Source of the DNA: a virus
Length of the DNA: 64,000 nt
IMG/VR virus record: IMGVR_UViG_3300027860_000007
Location: 1-64,000 of that record
Direction: 5' to 3' (one strand)
This document shows positions 8,571-17,876 of this stretch, piece after piece. The notes beneath the pieces are model-generated. The model worked only from the letters and a program-made list of their open reading frames with translations, was not told the DNA's origin and searched no databases. The position numbers and the translations under genes are program-made. How positions within the stretch are numbered: position 1 is the first letter of the stretch; every line of letters starts with the position of its first letter.

Positions 8571-10814
8571 ATGCGGAAACTTTTAGTAACTCGTGGTATT
8601 CCTGGTTCTGGGAAAAGTACTTGGGTTAAAAATCATAACCTTGAGGCTTGGACAATAAGTCCAGATTCTTTAAGATTGCTTTTTAGAAGCCCTGCATTTA
8701 ATGAAAATGGGAAATTTTCTATAGATAGTGCAAATGATCGCAGAGTTTGGGAATTACTATACGAATTACTAGAAGAAAGAATGGAAAGAGGCGAATTTAT
8801 TGTAATAGATGCCACTCATAAAACTAATGGCGATTTTGCTAAATATCAAAATTTAGCCAGTAAGTATCAATATCAAATAGCTTGCGTTGATTTTAGTGGT
8901 GTAGAATTAGAAACTTGTTTAATTCAGAATGCCAAAAGAGAACAATATAAGCAAGTTCCAGAAATTATTGTTACCTCTAATTATGATAAAATAGTTAAAA
9001 ACAATCTACCAAAAAATATTTTAGCTATTGATCCTAATGATGATAAAACATTAGATAAATTCTTATCGCTTCCAAACGTAAATTTAGATAATATGAAAAA
9101 AATTCATATTATTGGTGATATTCAAGGATGCTATACCCCTCTTAAAGAATATTTTACTGAAGGATTAAAGGCAGATGAATATTACATTTTCACTGGCGAT
9201 TATATTGACAGAGGTATTGAAAATGGTGAAACCTTAGAGTTTATAATGAAAGTAGCTCAAAATCGTAATGTTACTATGCTTATGGGAAACCATGAAAGGC
9301 ATTTAGTTCATTGGGTTGCTGATATGAAATGCAAAAGTGATGAATTTAAAAACCATACTTTACCACAATTAATAGAAAAAAATATTACTAAAGAACAAGT
9401 AAAAAACTTTTTATTTAAACTTAGAGATGCGTTTGCTTTTAACTATTTTGGAAAAAACTATATTTGTACACATGGTGGTTTAACTTCTATACCTTCAAAT
9501 GAGTTACAAAAATTTTCTTTGATTACATCAAAATCATTTTGGAATGGCGTAGGAACATATTCTGGCTTAGCAGATGCACAATTTTCAGAAAATACTAACC
9601 AATGGACGCAAATTCATGGTCATAGAAATACCCAAAATTTAAAAATACTAGCTTCGCAAAATAGTTATAATTTAGAAGGTGGTATAGAATTTGGTGGAGA
9701 ATTGCGAATAGTAACTATTGATAATGCTGCCGTAACTCCTATTGAAATTCCTAATTTAGTCTATAAAAAATTAGAACAAAGAGTTAAATCAGAAAATAAC
9801 AACATAATTGATCCTCTAAATGATTGTCTATGGTTCAATGAAGTGATACATTCTACTAAAATTTCAGAAAAACTATGGAATGAACTCAATAACCATAGTT
9901 TAATAAAAGTTAAAAAATTAACTGATACACCTCATATTTCAAGTTTTAGCTTTACTAGAAAAGCATTTTATGACAAATCTTGGGATGATATTAATGTAAA
10001 AGCTCGTGGATTGTTTATTAATGAAAAGCAAGAGATTTGCAGTAGGTCATATAATAAGTTTTTTAACTTAGATGAAAACGACAGTCATAAATTGGTAAAT
10101 TTGGAAAAAATATTAAAATTTCCATTAACAGTAATGCTTAAAGAAAACGGATTTTTAGGGATAGTAGGATATGATAACATTACAGATAGCTTGTTTATTT
10201 CTAGTAAAAGTACAAATGATGGTTCTTTTGCTGAAAAATTTAGAGAGATTTTCAACGAAACGCTTGATAAAAGTCAGCAACAAACATTAAAAAGAGCTTT
10301 GAAAGATCAAAATGCTTCTGCTATATTTGAAGTAATCGATCCTAATTTTGATCCTCATATTATTGAATATTCTGAATCTAAGATAATCTTATTAGACATA
10401 GTATCCAGAACTGAAAATTTCCGTAAGGTAGACTATAAAACTTTGGTTTCTATAGCTAAAAAACTTAATTTAGAACATAAGAAACAGGTGTGCGTTTTTA
10501 GAGATTTTAAAAGTTTTAATGGTTGGTTAGCTAACCAATTATCTGATAACGAAAAAAGAATAGAAGGTTATGTAATTGAAGATGCGAATGGGTTTCATTT
10601 CAAGATAAAAATGCCTTATTATAATTTTTGGAAAGAAATGAGAAGCATTAAAGACAAAATCATTACTATGCGTGAAAAAGGGGTAGAAGTTAAAGTTTCT
10701 CAACGAAACCCTACAGATTTAGGCAATAAAGTAATTAGTTTTCTATTAACTCAAGATAAAGAATTCTTAAAAAACGATATAATTACCATTAGAAAAGAGT
10801 TTTATAAACTTTAA
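8571..10814 (+). CDS. Polynucleotide kinase / metallophosphatase / RNA ligase (Pnkp-type RNA repair enzyme)
   Basis: GIPGSGKST P-loop; DIQG, GDYIDRG, GNHE phosphoesterase; KENG, EGYVI, KIK ligase motifs. Confidence 0.9.
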   Translation: MRKLLVTRGIPGSGKSTWVKNHNLEAWTISPDSLRLLFRSPAFNENGKFSIDSANDRRVWELLYELLEERMERGEFIVIDATHKTNGDFAKYQNLASKYQYQIACVDFSGVELETCLIQNAKREQYKQVPEIIVTSNYDKIVKNNLPKNILAIDPNDDKTLDKFLSLPNVNLDNMKKIHIIGDIQGCYTPLKEYFTEGLKADEYYIFTGDYIDRGIENGETLEFIMKVAQNRNVTMLMGNHERHLVHWVADMKCKSDEFKNHTLPQLIEKNITKEQVKNFLFKLRDAFAFNYFGKNYICTHGGLTSIPSNELQKFSLITSKSFWNGVGTYSGLADAQFSENTNQWTQIHGHRNTQNLKILASQNSYNLEGGIEFGGELRIVTIDNAAVTPIEIPNLVYKKLEQRVKSENNNIIDPLNDCLWFNEVIHSTKISEKLWNELNNHSLIKVKKLTDTPHISSFSFTRKAFYDKSWDDINVKARGLFINEKQEICSRSYNKFFNLDENDSHKLVNLEKILKFPLTVMLKENGFLGIVGYDNITDSLFISSKSTNDGSFAEKFREIFNETLDKSQQQTLKRALKDQNASAIFEVIDPNFDPHIIEYSESKIILLDIVSRTENFRKVDYKTLVSIAKKLNLEHKKQVCVFRDFKSFNGWLANQLSDNEKRIEGYVIEDANGFHFKIKMPYYNFWKEMRSIKDKIITMREKGVEVKVSQRNPTDLGNKVISFLLTQDKEFLKNDIITIRKEFYKL

Positions 10815-10817
10815 TAT

Positions 10818-10846
10818 TTGACTTGTACCAAATAAAAAGGTAATAT
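10818..10846 (+). promoter_or_regulatory. Sigma70-type promoter of prkA operon
   Basis: TTGACT-N17-TAATAT. Confidence 0.7.
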
Positions 10847-10898
10847 TAAAGAATAAGGCTTGAAATTATTATTTTTAATTAACAAAAAGGCGGCTTAC

Positions 10899-12839
10899 AT
10901 GACGAAAAATATATTTAGTGATTTTGAAAAAACCTACAGCAAAAAACATCAAGTTGAGATGAGTATTCAGGAATACTTAGAAGGCTGTAAAAAAGATCCA
11001 AGTATGTACGCAAGTCCAGCAGAAAGACTTTTGAAGAGTATAGGAAATCCAGAAATAATCGATACAAGTAAAGATTTACGATTGAGCAGGATTTTTAGTA
11101 ATAGAACTATTAAAGTATATCCAGCTTTCAAAGATTTTTTTGGAATTGAAGAAACTATTGAAAGTATTGTAGGATTTCTTCGTCATGCTGCTCAAGGGTT
11201 AGAAGAAAAAAGGCAAATTCTATATTTGCTTGGACCAGTAGGTTCAAGCAAAAGTACATTGGCTGAAAGAATCAAACAACTAATTGAAGAACACCCAATT
11301 TATGTACTTAAAACTAAAAATGAATTGAGTCCAATTTTTGAAAGCCCTCTTGGTTTGTTTAACAAACATAAATTTGGAGAACAATTAGAAAAAGAATATA
11401 AAATACCAAAAAGGTATATTACTGGTATTTGCAGCCCTTGGGCAACTAAACGCCTTGGGGAGTTTGAAGGAGATTTGTCACAGTTTTCAGTAGTGAAACT
11501 TTATCCAAGTCAGCTTGAACAAATTGCAGTAGTAAAAACTGAACCAGGAGATGATAATAACCAAGATATTAGTAGTTTGGTTGGTAAAGTAGATTTGAGA
11601 AAACTAGAAGAGCTTTCACAAAATGATTCAGACGCTTATAGCTATTCTGGTGCATTGTGCAGAGGTAATCAAGGAATACTTGAATTTGTTGAAATGTTCA
11701 AAGCTCCGCTTAAACTTTTGCATCCTTTGCTTACTGCCACACAAGAAGGAAACTATAAAGGCACTGAAAATATACCAGCAATTCCTTTTACCGGTATGAT
11801 TCTAGCACATAGTAACGAAAGTGAATGGCAAAATTTTAAAAATAACAAAAACAATGAAGCATTTATTGATCGTATTTGTGTAGTCAAAGTTCCTTATTGT
11901 CTTCGTGTTGATGATGAAATTGAAATTTATAAAAAATATCTAAGTCATACAGATTTAAGTTCTCATCCTTGTGCACCACAAACTCTCGATATGCTTGCTA
12001 AATTCACAGTTCTAAGCCGCCTCAAAGAACCTGAAAATAGCAAGCTCCCTTTAAAAATGAGAGTCTATAATGGTGAAAACCTTAAAGAAGTTGAAGCAAG
12101 AGCTAAAAGCTATCAAGAGTATCGAGAAGCTGCTGGCGTAGATGAAGGTATGAGTGGTATTAGCACACGTTTTGCTTTCAAAGCGTTGAATAAAACTTTT
12201 AATTATGATACAGCAGAAGTTGCAGCGGATCCTGTGCATTTGATGAATGTACTAACTGATAGCATTAAGCAAGAACAATACCCAAGTGATTATGAAGAAA
12301 AATTAATTGGGTTGATTAAAGAAGAACTAGCTCCAGAATACACTAAATGGCTAGGTAAAGAAATTCAAAGAGCATATATTGAAGAATATCATGGTTATGC
12401 ACAAAATGTTTTTGAAAAATATGTAGCTATGGCAGATGCTTGGAACCAAGAAAATGATTTCAAAGATTTTGATACTGGAAATATGCTTGATAAAGAAAAA
12501 GTCAATCAAGAGTTAGAAAAAATTGAAAAACCAGCAGGAATTGCAAACCCTAAAGATTTTAGACAAGAAATTGCTAGTTTTTGTCTAAGATACCAAAGTA
12601 AAAACGCAGGAAAATTACCTGTTTGGACTGGTTATGAAAAAATGAAAGAAGTTATAGAACATAAAATGTTTTCTACTATTGAAGATATTTTGCCAGTTAT
12701 TAGTTTTGGTACTAAAAAAGATAAGAAAACAGAAAACGATCATGCTGGATTTGTCCAACGTATGACTGATATGGGTTATACAGAAAGACAAATTAGAAGA
12801 CTTGTCGAATGGTATGTGCGTTCAAGAAATAGTAGATAG
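10899..12839 (+). CDS. prkA: PrkA/YeaG-family AAA+ protein
   Basis: LLGPVGSSKS, EPGDDNNQDISSLVGKVD, EFVEMFKAP, HSNESEW; ATG at 10899 after AAGG preferred over TTG 10860. Confidence 0.95.
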   Translation: MTKNIFSDFEKTYSKKHQVEMSIQEYLEGCKKDPSMYASPAERLLKSIGNPEIIDTSKDLRLSRIFSNRTIKVYPAFKDFFGIEETIESIVGFLRHAAQGLEEKRQILYLLGPVGSSKSTLAERIKQLIEEHPIYVLKTKNELSPIFESPLGLFNKHKFGEQLEKEYKIPKRYITGICSPWATKRLGEFEGDLSQFSVVKLYPSQLEQIAVVKTEPGDDNNQDISSLVGKVDLRKLEELSQNDSDAYSYSGALCRGNQGILEFVEMFKAPLKLLHPLLTATQEGNYKGTENIPAIPFTGMILAHSNESEWQNFKNNKNNEAFIDRICVVKVPYCLRVDDEIEIYKKYLSHTDLSSHPCAPQTLDMLAKFTVLSRLKEPENSKLPLKMRVYNGENLKEVEARAKSYQEYREAAGVDEGMSGISTRFAFKALNKTFNYDTAEVAADPVHLMNVLTDSIKQEQYPSDYEEKLIGLIKEELAPEYTKWLGKEIQRAYIEEYHGYAQNVFEKYVAMADAWNQENDFKDFDTGNMLDKEKVNQELEKIEKPAGIANPKDFRQEIASFCLRYQSKNAGKLPVWTGYEKMKEVIEHKMFSTIEDILPVISFGTKKDKKTENDHAGFVQRMTDMGYTERQIRRLVEWYVRSRNSR

Positions 12840-12849
12840 AATGAAAAAA

Positions 12850-12880
12850 TAGAGAAGTTATATTGATTATAACTTCTCTA
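12850..12880. terminator. 12-bp stem hairpin between prkA and yeaH
   Basis: tagagaagttat-N7-ataacttctcta; A-run on the left (U-tract on minus strand). Confidence 0.55.
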
Positions 12881-12912
12881 ACCTTACAATTAAAATTTTT
12901 TGGTAATGTCCA

Positions 12913-14220
12913 ATGACAACAACTACTATTATAGATTCAAGAAGCAGTCATAACAAAAGCAAAAATGCTAATAATAGAAAACGCTTTATTGATCGTGTTA
13001 AACAGCAAGTTAAAGAAAGTGTTAGTGATAGCATTAGAAAAGATAAGCTATCTGATTTAGCTAAAGGTGACAAAATAAAAATAAAAGTTAAAGATACTAC
13101 AGAACCAAAATTTGGTCAAGATACTAATACTGGAAAAAATAATATAATATTACCTGGAAATAGAGATTTTAATAAAGGCGATAATATTCAAAGACCACAA
13201 AATGGCAAAGGCGGAAAACCTAAAAAGGGTGGTCAAGGAGAAGATTACGATGATGGCATAGAGTTTTTATTAACTAAAGAAGAATTCTATGATATTTTGT
13301 TTGAAGATTTAGAATTACCAGATCTTGTTAAAAAAGATATAGCAGGAACCACTGTATTTCAAACTGAAAGAAAAGGATTTACTACTAGTGGCAACCCAAG
13401 TAACTTAGATATTATTCGTTCTAGTAAAAACGCTATGGGAAGAAGAATAGCATTAGGAAGAATAGGAAAAACTAAACTTAAAGAATATCAGACAGAACTT
13501 TTTTCTTTGTTAGAAGAACCTGCCAAGAATAAATTAAGAATTTCAGAATTAGAAGAACTTATTAGGCGTGCAAAAGCAAAACAAGCTGCTATTCCTTATA
13601 TTGATCCTTTAGACGTTAGATATAGAAAATTTGATAAAACTCCAAAACCAATTACTAATGCAGTAATGTTTTGCCTTATGGATGTCAGTGGAAGTATGGG
13701 CGAAACGGAAAAAGATATTGCAAAAAGATTTTTTCTACTTTTATACTTGTTCTTAACTAGAAAATATGATAAAGTAGAAGTAATATTTGTAAGACATACT
13801 ACAGAGGCTCAAGAAGTTGATGAAAATAAATTTTTCTATGATAGACTCAGTGGAGGTACTGAAATAAGTTCTGGTTTAACGCTAATAAATGAAATTATTG
13901 ATTCTAGGTTTGACATAAGCAAAACTAACATTTATGTAAGTCAAGCAAGTGATGGCGAAAATTGGGATGCAGATAATTATAATTGTTTTCAACTATTAAA
14001 AGATAAAATATTACCAAAAGTACAATATTATGCTTATATTGAAATTTTAGAAAATATGCCTGGTAGATTTTACAATTCAAATGATGATGCTTTGTGGGCA
14101 ACTTATCAAAAATTAGTAAATCAATTTAATCATTTTAAAACTAGAAAAGTATATGATAAATCACAGATTTTTGATGTATTTAAAGAACTATTTGCTAAAA
14201 AATCTTTAACTTTAAAGTAA
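12913..14220 (+). CDS. yeaH: YeaH/YhbH (DUF444) vWA-domain protein
   Basis: AVMFCLMDVSGSM, FVRHT, SGGTEISS, SQASDGEN. Confidence 0.95.
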   Translation: MTTTTIIDSRSSHNKSKNANNRKRFIDRVKQQVKESVSDSIRKDKLSDLAKGDKIKIKVKDTTEPKFGQDTNTGKNNIILPGNRDFNKGDNIQRPQNGKGGKPKKGGQGEDYDDGIEFLLTKEEFYDILFEDLELPDLVKKDIAGTTVFQTERKGFTTSGNPSNLDIIRSSKNAMGRRIALGRIGKTKLKEYQTELFSLLEEPAKNKLRISELEELIRRAKAKQAAIPYIDPLDVRYRKFDKTPKPITNAVMFCLMDVSGSMGETEKDIAKRFFLLLYLFLTRKYDKVEVIFVRHTTEAQEVDENKFFYDRLSGGTEISSGLTLINEIIDSRFDISKTNIYVSQASDGENWDADNYNCFQLLKDKILPKVQYYAYIEILENMPGRFYNSNDDALWATYQKLVNQFNHFKTRKVYDKSQIFDVFKELFAKKSLTLK

Positions 14221-14225
14221 GATAA

Positions 14226-15806
14226 ATGAAAAAAAATATAACAGACAATAATGAATGGACTTTTGAAAAACTTGATTTTTTTTCAAAAGAAATAGAAAAA
14301 ATAGCAAGAGAAGAATTAGAACTTGATCCATATCCAATTCAAGCACAAATTATATCAGCAGATCAGATGATTGATTCTTATGCTTCTCACGCTCTCCCAG
14401 TTCATTATGAACATTGGAGTATTGGTAAAAAGCATATTATTGAATCAAATAATTATGAAAAAGGTAAAAGTGGGTTAGCTTTTGAAATTATTGCTAATAC
14501 CAATCCTTCTATTGCCTATCTCATGGAAACAAATACTAATGTAGTTCAGGTATTAGTATTAGCACATTGTATGGGACATTCACAATATTTTAAGCATAAT
14601 TATATGTATAAGCAATGGAGTCAAGCAGATTTTATCGTAGAATATATGAAATTTGCTAAAGATTATATTAAACAATGTGAGAATAAATATGGTTTAGAAG
14701 CAGTAGAAAAAACTTTAGATGCAGCTCACGCTTTGCAATATAATGGAATTGACAAATATAAAAGAACAAATAAAACTTCAAAACAATTAAAAGAACAAAC
14801 CCTTGCTAGACAAAAATATAACCAAACGTCTTATAATAGCTTATGGGATAATATATTTTCTACTAAAAATAAGTTAGATAGTATTAAAACTCCTAACAAA
14901 TTAAAAGAATTAAATGCACAATATAAATCTCAAATACTTCCAAGACCAGAAGAAAATTTATTGTATTTCTTAGAAAAAAATAGTCCAGTACTACAGACTT
15001 GGCAACGTGAAATATTAAGAATAGTAAGAAAAATAAGTCAATATTGGTGGCCAGCTATGTCAGACAAGGTTACTAATGAAGGGTTTGCTTGTTTTACGCA
15101 TTATTACATTATGAATCGGTTATACGAAAAAGGATTTTTAACTGATGGTGAAATGATTGAATTCTTTAGCAATCATGCAAATGTAATTTTACAGACTTTT
15201 CCAGATTTTAGAACTGAAGATGAAAAGAAAAGAGATAGAGCAAGAGGTAAAGCGGAACCATATGCTTATAATGGAATAAATGTTTATGCTTTAGGGTTTG
15301 CAATGATGCAAGACGTTAAACGCATTTGTGAAAATCCAACTGAAGAAGATAAAAAATGGTTTCCTGATTTGATTGGGAAAAATTGGAAAGAAGTCATTAT
15401 TCACGACATTGTACCAAATTATAGAGATGAAAGTTTTATTAGACAATTTTTAAGTCCTAAAGTAATTAGAGATTTTAAATTATTTGCTATTCAAAGCGAT
15501 GAAGAAAATCCTAATTATTATGATGTTTTAGATATTCATAACCAAGAAGGATATAAAAATGTTAGAAAAATACTAGCAGATTCATATGATATTAATACTA
15601 AATTAGCAAATATTCAAGTAACGGATGTAGATTTTACTGGAGATAGAAAATTAACTTTAACTCATTATACAATAAATGATCAGCTATTAAATGATGATGT
15701 ACTTAATGTTTTGCATTATGTAAAAGAACTTTGGGGATTTGACGTAACACTAAATACAGTAAATCGTCAAAATGAAACTTTAGAAAATTTTGATACAGAG
15801 AATTAA
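14226..15806 (+). CDS. spoVR: SpoVR/YcgB-family protein
   Basis: YEHWSIGK, GLAFEII, NEGFACFTH, YALGFAM, YRDESFI. Confidence 0.95.
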   Translation: MKKNITDNNEWTFEKLDFFSKEIEKIAREELELDPYPIQAQIISADQMIDSYASHALPVHYEHWSIGKKHIIESNNYEKGKSGLAFEIIANTNPSIAYLMETNTNVVQVLVLAHCMGHSQYFKHNYMYKQWSQADFIVEYMKFAKDYIKQCENKYGLEAVEKTLDAAHALQYNGIDKYKRTNKTSKQLKEQTLARQKYNQTSYNSLWDNIFSTKNKLDSIKTPNKLKELNAQYKSQILPRPEENLLYFLEKNSPVLQTWQREILRIVRKISQYWWPAMSDKVTNEGFACFTHYYIMNRLYEKGFLTDGEMIEFFSNHANVILQTFPDFRTEDEKKRDRARGKAEPYAYNGINVYALGFAMMQDVKRICENPTEEDKKWFPDLIGKNWKEVIIHDIVPNYRDESFIRQFLSPKVIRDFKLFAIQSDEENPNYYDVLDIHNQEGYKNVRKILADSYDINTKLANIQVTDVDFTGDRKLTLTHYTINDQLLNDDVLNVLHYVKELWGFDVTLNTVNRQNETLENFDTEN

Positions 15807-15815
15807 GGATTTTAT

Positions 15816-16055
15816 ATGCTTTATTTGCTTTTAGTCTTTTTAATGAGTTTTATGTTATGTAGTCTCATATTGCTTGGGATAGTCATATTTGTGAATAGAG
15901 CTATAAAAAAAGATTTGATATTAAAGAAAAAAATTTTTGAAGAACACGATTGCACAGCTCCCCATGTTTCAGAAAGTTATGTAGTAAAAGGCGGCATGAA
16001 TGATCCTGTTTCTGGAATCAAAAAACGACCTGTACCTCCAAAAAAATTATTATAA
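15816..16055 (+). CDS. Small membrane protein
   Basis: N-terminal hydrophobic helix, AAGGA RBS. Confidence 0.6.
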   Translation: MLYLLLVFLMSFMLCSLILLGIVIFVNRAIKKDLILKKKIFEEHDCTAPHVSESYVVKGGMNDPVSGIKKRPVPPKKLL

Positions 16056-16064
16056 AAATTTTTC

Positions 16065-16092
16065 TTGACTTATGAGTTTTATGTGCTAAGAT
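16065..16092 (+). promoter_or_regulatory. Sigma70-type promoter upstream of pseudogene and tRNA
   Basis: TTGACT-N16-TAAGAT with extended TG. Confidence 0.6.
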
Positions 16093-16123
16093 TAAACTGT
16101 TAGTTCAAAAAATAGGAGTTTTT

Positions 16124-16362
16124 ATGATATATTCAGGCGATTTGGAAATAGGAAAAAATGACAAAAAATGATTACAGTCACATTACTGAAGTGACAGGTG
16201 ATCTTTTAATTTGTAAAAAAGGTCAGCTTACCCAACATTAAAAAAGTGGCTAAATAACTTTATATTTTTGTTAACGCTGACCTACCTGCTCTTACTAATG
16301 TAGGAGGAGTCATTATTATTGATGAAGTAGATTTAATTGCACCTAAACTTAAAGTGGCTTAA
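16124..16362 (+). pseudogene. Frameshifted paralog of the L-domain/beta-solenoid genes at 58635-59428
   Basis: MIYSGDLEIG..DYSHITEVTGDL..SLPNIKKV..LPALTNVGG; two +1 A-tract frameshifts and one in-frame TAA; AGGAG RBS. Confidence 0.8.
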
Positions 16363-16372
16363 ATGAACATTT

Positions 16373-16449
16373 GTACCCTTAGCTCAGCAGGATAGAGCAT
16401 CAGCCTTCTAAGCTGAATGTCGTGGGTTCGACTCCCTCAGGGTACACCA
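16373..16449 (+). tRNA. tRNA-Arg (anticodon TCT)
   Basis: Acceptor GTACCCT/AGGGTAC, anticodon arm TCAGC-CTTCTAA-GCTGA, GGTTCGACTCC T-arm, encoded CCA. Confidence 0.95.
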
Positions 16450-16590
16450 ACCTTACAAAAATTTTGATAGTGTTAATTTCAAATGCTTAATAGCTTAATT
16501 ATGATTATTTATGAAGTTGGAAACTATACAATAATCTCTTAGCTATCACCATCATAAATACATGAAGTTTTTGTTACAATAGGATTAAGT

Positions 16591-17853
16591 ATGGATTTTC
16601 TGGAAATCATTCAGCAACGGGGTTTTCTGCATCAGGTAACGGACGAAGCGACATTAAAACAGGCATTTACACAGCCTGTTACTGCCTATATTGGTTTTGA
16701 CTGTACGGCTGCCAGCCTGCATGTCGGTAGTCTGATGCAGATTATGGTGCTTCGCTGGCTGCAAAAATGCGGACATCGCCCTATTGCCTTAATGGGAGGA
16801 GGCACGACCCGTATTGGGGATCCTTCAGGAAAGGATGAAACCCGCAAGCTCCTGAATGACGAAGATATTGCTACGAATATGGCAGGCATTAAAAAAGTAT
16901 TCGGTAATTTCATCCAGTTTGAACAGCAGGGCGGTAACGCCCTTATGGTGGATAATAATGACTGGCTGAAAGACATTAACCTGATTAATTTTTTACGGGA
17001 TTATGGCAGGCATTTTTCCGTCAACCGCATGTTATCCATGGATAGTGTGAAATTGCGGTTGGAACGTGAACAGAATCTCAGTTTCCTTGAATTTAACTAT
17101 ATGGTTATGCAGTCTTATGATTTTGTGGAGTTAAATCAGCGGTTTGATTGCCGTTTGCAGATTGGTGGCAGTGACCAGTGGGGTAATATTGTCAACGGGG
17201 TGGAGCTGCATCGCAAGGTAAATACTGGAAAGCCTGCCGTCTTTGGCTTAACCACTCCGCTGATTACCACCGCTTCGGGAGCGAAAATGGGCAAAACGGC
17301 GAGCGGTGCGGTGTGGTTGAATCCCGATTTCCTTTCCCCCTTTGATTACTGGCAATTCTGGCGAAATACGGAAGATGCGGATGTGGGTAGATTCCTGCGA
17401 TTCTTTACCGAATTACCGCTCGACGAAATTAACAAGCTGGAAGCCTTGCAGGGTGCAGAAATTAACGAAGCCAAGAAAATACTGGCGAATGAAGCAACCA
17501 AACTGGCTCACGGGGAAGCAGCAGCACTTGCAGCCGCCGAAACGGCACGACGTACCTTTGAAGAGGGAACAGCGGGAGCGGATTTGAAAACTTATGAGGT
17601 GGAATCAGAGCGATTGGAGGCAGGTATTCCAGCCTCCCAACTGTTTCATGAAGCAGGGTTAAAGGAGAGCAAAGGAGAAGCAAAAAAACTGATTGAAGCA
17701 GGCGGAGCCAAAGTCAATGACGAAAAAATTACGGATGTCCGACTGCTAATTACTAACAAATATGTATTGCCTGAAGGCTATATTAAATTGACAGCAGGCA
17801 AAAAAAATCATTTATTGATAAAGGTTAAAAATTCAAATAAATATAATTCATAA
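16591..17853 (+). CDS. tyrS: Tyrosyl-tRNA synthetase, alphaproteobacterial type, GC-rich
   Basis: [12 protein letters not shown] (HIGH), [14 protein letters not shown] (KMSKS), C-terminal S4 domain. Confidence 0.97.
   Translation: MDFLEIIQQRGFLHQVTDEATLKQAFTQPVTAYIGFDCTAASLHVGSLMQIMVLRWLQKCGHRPIALMGGGTTRIGDPSGKDETRKLLNDEDIATNMAGIKKVFGNFIQFEQQGGNALMVDNNDWLKDINLINFLRDYGRHFSVNRMLSMDSVKLRLEREQNLSFLEFNYMVMQSYDFVELNQRFDCRLQIGGSDQWGNIVNGVELHRKVNTGKPAVFGLTTPLITTASGAKMGKTASGAVWLNPDFLSPFDYWQFWRNTEDADVGRFLRFFTELPLDEINKLEALQGAEINEAKKILANEATKLAHGEAAALAAAETARRTFEEGTAGADLKTYEVESERLEAGIPASQLFHEAGLKESKGEAKKLIEAGGAKVNDEKITDVRLLITNKYVLPEGYIKLTAGKKNHLLIKVKNSNKYNS
17836..17843 (+). promoter_or_regulatory. T4-like late promoter (AATAAATA)
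   Basis: Near match to TATAAATA, 33 nt upstream of leader-family gene. Confidence 0.45.
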
Positions 17854-17876
17854 GCTAATTCCGTTAGGGTAAAGAA

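Noticed and set aside
16373-17853. Integrative element inserted at the tRNA carrying tyrS
   Set aside because: No duplicated tRNA 3' end and no integrase seen
8571-17853. Bacterial chromosome or host contamination
   Set aside because: Host-like genes other than tyrS share phage composition and are interleaved with T4-like core genes; only the tyrS junctions merit a read check
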